DNA from: Paraspadella gotoi
Taxonomy: Eukaryota > Animalia > Chaetognatha
NCBI GenBank assembly: GCA_051294375.1
Contig: CM119267.1
Coordinates: forward strand, 13,153,081 to 13,217,080
Direction of reading: 5' to 3'
DNA length: 64,000 bases
This document shows positions 59,735-64,000 of this stretch, piece after piece. The notes beneath the pieces were generated by a model. That model was not told the origin of the DNA, did not search any database, and saw only the letters and a program-made list of their open reading frames with translations. The number at the start of each line of letters is the position of its first letter. The stretch's first letter is position 1. The translations under genes were made by a program, and so were the position numbers.

Positions 59735-59939
59735 TCTCTCTCTCTTTCCCTTTCTCTTTCTCTCAGGGATTCGACGGCAGAAAAAATGTTCCATCATAAA
59801 AACGTGTAAGAAAAATGACCTTTACAGATGGAATTCGGGAGTTTGTAGAATCTGCAGTCTGCCCAGAAAAAAAGTGAGAGTATCATCCTCCCCACCTCAT
59901 TCGGTGGGAGCTCGTCAGACGGACAGACAGACGGATAAA

Positions 59940-60297
59940 TAAAAAAAAATTCTCGAAAGTAGAGAGTGAAAAAAATGAGATAATAAAGAAAGAAAAAAAT
60001 GAAAGAAAAAAAATAAGAAAGAAATAATGAAAGAAAAAAAGACAAAGGAAAAAGGGAAAAAAAAGAAAAAAAGAAAGAAAGAGAAAGAAAGAAGGAAAAA
60101 AGGAAAGGAAGAAGAAAAAAAAGAAAGTAAGAGAGAATGAAAGAAAAAAGGTTAATAAAGAAGAAAAAATGAAGAGAAGAAAGAAAGAAGAAAGAAAGAA
60201 ATAGAAAGAAAGGAAAAAAAATGAAAGAAAGAAAAGAAAAAAGAGAGAAAGAAAAGAAGAATGAAAGAAAAAAAGAAAAAAGAAAAAGAAAAGAAAA

Positions 60298-60333
<36 letters not shown>

Positions 60334-60350
60334 AAAGAAAGAAGAAAGAG
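59940..60350 (+). repeat. Long polypurine (GAAA/AAAG)n low-complexity tract; one example of the many (GA)n, (GAAA)n and (GAC)n tracts in the window
   Basis: Seen directly; other examples at 253-328, 2476-2530, 13050-13150, 35137-35250. Confidence 0.9.
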
Positions 60351-63300
60351 AAAGTGATCAAGCATCTAAGCAACTAAGCTCAAAAGTCATCTTCAAACCT
60401 CCTGTTTGCATATTAGATTTTTCTTTGAATCGTAACTTTTAACGAAATTCGTTGGTTTGTGCGAAAATCGATCCGAAACTTTTTTTTAACATTTAATCTT
60501 TTTTTCTTTCTTTGGTAATTTTCTAAAAGCGAAGGATAGGATACTAAACTTATAAGTAGGACGAGAATCTGGCTTAAAAAAAAATTCAAATCATTTTTTA
60601 ATAGAGAATCCAGGTTCAATTGAACTACCCAAATTGCACAACGCGTTTGCCAGAAATTCGGTTAAAAAACACTTGTAAAAACGCACGATACCGAGAGCGT
60701 TACATCTGAAGAGCTTGTCCAATTCGTTTTATGGCATATGATAAAGGATTAATATCAAAGGACAAGCCCAGGGGAAATGCCACTACTCATTAAGGAGTAG
60801 TGTAAAGTTACATACAAAATCTAAATTTTAGAAGTCAATTATGAAATAACAACCATCAGTGAACATATTGTGGAAAAAATAATTAATTTTATATATTTTT
60901 TAATTTTCGCATTAGGGCCATTAATTTAATATAATAGTATTGATCCTTTTAAAATCGAAAAAAAATTTCAAAATAGGCTTTTCTTAATTTGATTGGGCAG
61001 ATTTGAATTCCCTACGGTCAAAAAGTATGATGAAAGAAATATAAAATCATTTTTATTAATTAATTCTTTCATTAAGTGGGTTTAAAATTAATAGAAAACT
61101 ATTTTGTTAATATATAAAAATTAATTTTCAGCTTAAAATATAGCTTTTTTTTAATTTTTGACCACTTAATGAAAGGAATTTTTTAAAAGAACTGTAATTT
61201 CTTATTGGTAGGCCAAACTTATTTATGACGAATCGCAAATCGCAAAAATGCGAGGAAAAATAGTTTGAAATATTTAACATTTATTGGATTAGTACTAGAG
61301 GATAAAAGTATGGCTAACCACTGCGTAAAATTTTAAAATTTATTAGAATTTTTATTACGATAAATGTGTTCATTAGTATAGATCTTGTTCGTTCCTCACT
61401 GTGAGAAATTGGTAAATTAAAGTTAAATGTATGAAATTATTAGCACTAACCCTTACTACTGCATCTCCGGAGAATTTTTCACAAACCTCATTTTTGACTG
61501 ATAGAAAATAAAAAGAGTTAAAGTTTACAAACTTAAATTGCAGAAACGGGATTGGCGGGATATGTGGGTCCTGAGATACATGAGCGAGCTTTCGAATTTC
61601 ACGAGTTCTGATAGCTTTTGTGTCTGAAGACGTTGCCTATTTTTCTTTTTGTCATTTTTATGATTTTGAAATAAAAATGATCAGGTTTAAATGAAATAGT
61701 CAGGATTGGAATCTGCGAAATTTTTATTTAAAAAGAATTAAAAAAGGAAAGGTTAGAAAAATCGTTTGATTTTACCTAATACTTTATGAAGGAATAAATG
61801 ATAAAGGGAATGGTAAGTATTTTGTACAAATGAGCTATTCATAGGGCAAGCATACAAGATACAATTTTAAAGAATGAACTTATGCTGAAACCTATCTTAC
61901 AGGGTGAGTGTCCAAAACTAAGTCAATTATTGAATTTTAAAACTAATGAAACGGCTCAGATAATGAAGATTTAATTCTTTTTAATGATTCTGAAGAAAAA
62001 AGATTAATTAGTAATCTATATATAACTTTATAAGTTTTTTGGATAAAGAAAATGATGGAATTTTTAGATGTCACTTAAAATATTGCTTGTCTGATTTTAC
62101 AAAGCCATGCTTACAAATTCTGGACAAAATATTAGTTCAACCATCCCATCACAGTCTAAGGTTATGTTATCTTTCTTTATATCCACCAGCAAAAAAAGAA
62201 AATTATCTTCTTATTTAAGAGAGAACAAGAAAATGATGTACTGAAAGAAGCCGGAAAGACATTCAACTTCTTCACTTTACTGTCATTTGGTCAATAATAA
62301 AAATAGACGAATTTTTAATTATTTAACTCATCACCAAGGCTTCACCAAGACATTAAACTTTCATAAGTATGCGCCAATGTTTTAAGTAATTTATTATAGT
62401 GTTTTATCCAGAAATCATAATAATACAGATTAAGTTGTGGGATTCCCTTCGCTCGTTTAAACGAAAAAAAAATTAAACTACGGAATTAATAAGTTTGTAA
62501 AGGAGAAGTCAAATCGGACGAAAACCTTAAATAGGCGTAAGAATAGGTTGAAAAAAAAGGGGTGGCAATTTTGATGGTCCTAAAGATTTCTCCACAAATG
62601 TGAGGTCGATAAAGCGAAACTTGAGAATTACATTATTTCCCTATTATACGATATAAAATATAAGAAAAGTCAGCTGGCTTCTATTTTTATGAGCGGGCTT
62701 CCTAATTATAGTAGATGAGTTTCTCGGATTTGTCTTTTTTTTCTACTAACAAGTGAATTTAATCATGTAAAGGTGTATGATACCAAAAATTGTGTGTTGT
62801 TTTACACTTAAACGAGGCCAACGCATCCAATTGGAACGAATGGCTTTGAATTCTCTTGGAATCGATGGGTTAATCAACTTCGAGTTGGGGATTTTACACC
62901 TAAAGCGATGAAGAGACCGAACTGGTGAAAGCGTCCGCGGTGAAAACGATGAGAAAAAGGTCGGGGAACGACGAGAGAAAAAAAAGAAATTAAAGGAAAA
63001 AAGCCCCCCCCTTCTTAAAAAAAATTTGGCCCCCCCGCGTTTTTAAATCCCCCATGTGGGGGGGGGAGGGTTTATGGGAGCGCCCCGCGCGGGTTCCCAA
63101 TCAGCGTTGGATCGCGAAAATTCGCAGCTTTATCCCTGTGGCCCTGGATTGGCGGGCCTTGACCAATCGACGACGAGAGTTTCGAGAAGATATTTTACAT
63201 TTTTTTTCCCGCGAAAATTTGCGCAAGGTCGACGAAGAAACGCGTTGATCTTTCCCCTTGGGATGGCCTACCGTTTCCAAAACCTGTGTTCTATAATAAT

Positions 63301-63839
63301 TTCCTATGTTTTTACTTAGATGCACGTGTTTTTACCCCGTTTTTACCCTACATTTTATTTGATCCAATTATATATTTTACGCTAATCTTAGGAATCTTGG
63401 CCGAAAATTCGAGTTCTAGTCGGCGCAAGATCAAACGTGCCCTTTTTAAATATATACATCCATTTTATTAATCAATATACATTCCATTTCTTTTAACTCT
63501 CTCTACCGGCCTTCTCTCACCCCTAGAGGTTGCGAGGTTGCCGCTCCCCAGGGAAAATTCAACGACGAAAATGTGAAAACCAAAAAAAATTCGTTTCACG
63601 AACACATAATGCAAATCTTCGCGAATTCTCGTCAGATTCTTACGCCAATTTCTTCCCCTTTTTTCTTTTAAAAATCGTGTTAAAAACTTGTTTTTCTCTT
63701 AATGTTGTGAGACAAATTTGCATTTCACGTCTTTCTTTTCTCTCTGGGTTTTCACAAGTTCCTTCGGGCTCTTTCTCTCTAGGCATTTTCTCGGCATTCT
63801 AAACGGGCTCTCAAAATATCAACCTAATTTTATCTTTTT

Positions 63840-64000
63840 TAGCCGGGTCTTCTTACAGCAGATTCCGGCTCTATAATTCACTTTGTCGGTCCGCGACCCC
63901 AATCTTGTCGGGCATTCGTTTATATCACATTTAAGTAAGTTCTGATTCTATCTGAAATGATCGTGTCAGAACATCGAATTATGATAAATTATGCAAAAAA
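63840..64000 (+). mobile_element. HINE/DINE-1-like element, 5' part (runs off window)
   Basis: TAGCCGGGTCTTCTTACAGCAGATTCCGGCTCTATAATTCACTTTGTCGGTCCG..., nearly identical to 6876-7000. Confidence 0.72.

Noticed and set aside
61898-61935. TACAGGGTG mariner-like TIR
   Set aside because: No matching opposite TIR found.

Overview
Eukaryotic (invertebrate animal-like) genomic DNA from a draft scaffold. It is AT-rich, very dense in (GA)n/(GAC)n microsatellites and broken by about a dozen N-gaps. The one well-supported protein-coding gene is a protocadherin-15 (PCDH15/Cad99C-type) gene on the minus strand. Three phase-compatible exons (14542-13709, 6032-5938, 4147-3938) encode a long N-terminal extension, a signal-peptide-like segment, EC1 and most of EC2; the gene runs off the left edge. 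Its EC1 retains the residues vertebrate PCDH15 uses to bind CDH23 in the hair-cell tip link. The rest is non-coding and repeat-rich: a ~540-bp miniature LTR element (TRIM-like, tRNA-Trp PBS, PPT, TSD) against the gene's upstream splice acceptor; a 5'-truncated Penelope-like element with inverted pLTRs carrying a variant minimal hammerhead ribozyme; several Helentron-associated (DINE-1/HINE-like) elements; Tc1/mariner-like and hAT-like MITEs; a foldback palindrome; and a structured SINE-like repeat. Two multi-kb inverted duplications and one direct duplication abut 25-N or 100-N gaps and are most likely assembly artefacts. Almost all other ORFs in the track are microsatellite or N read-through. 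All homology calls are from recognition and memory, not database searches.
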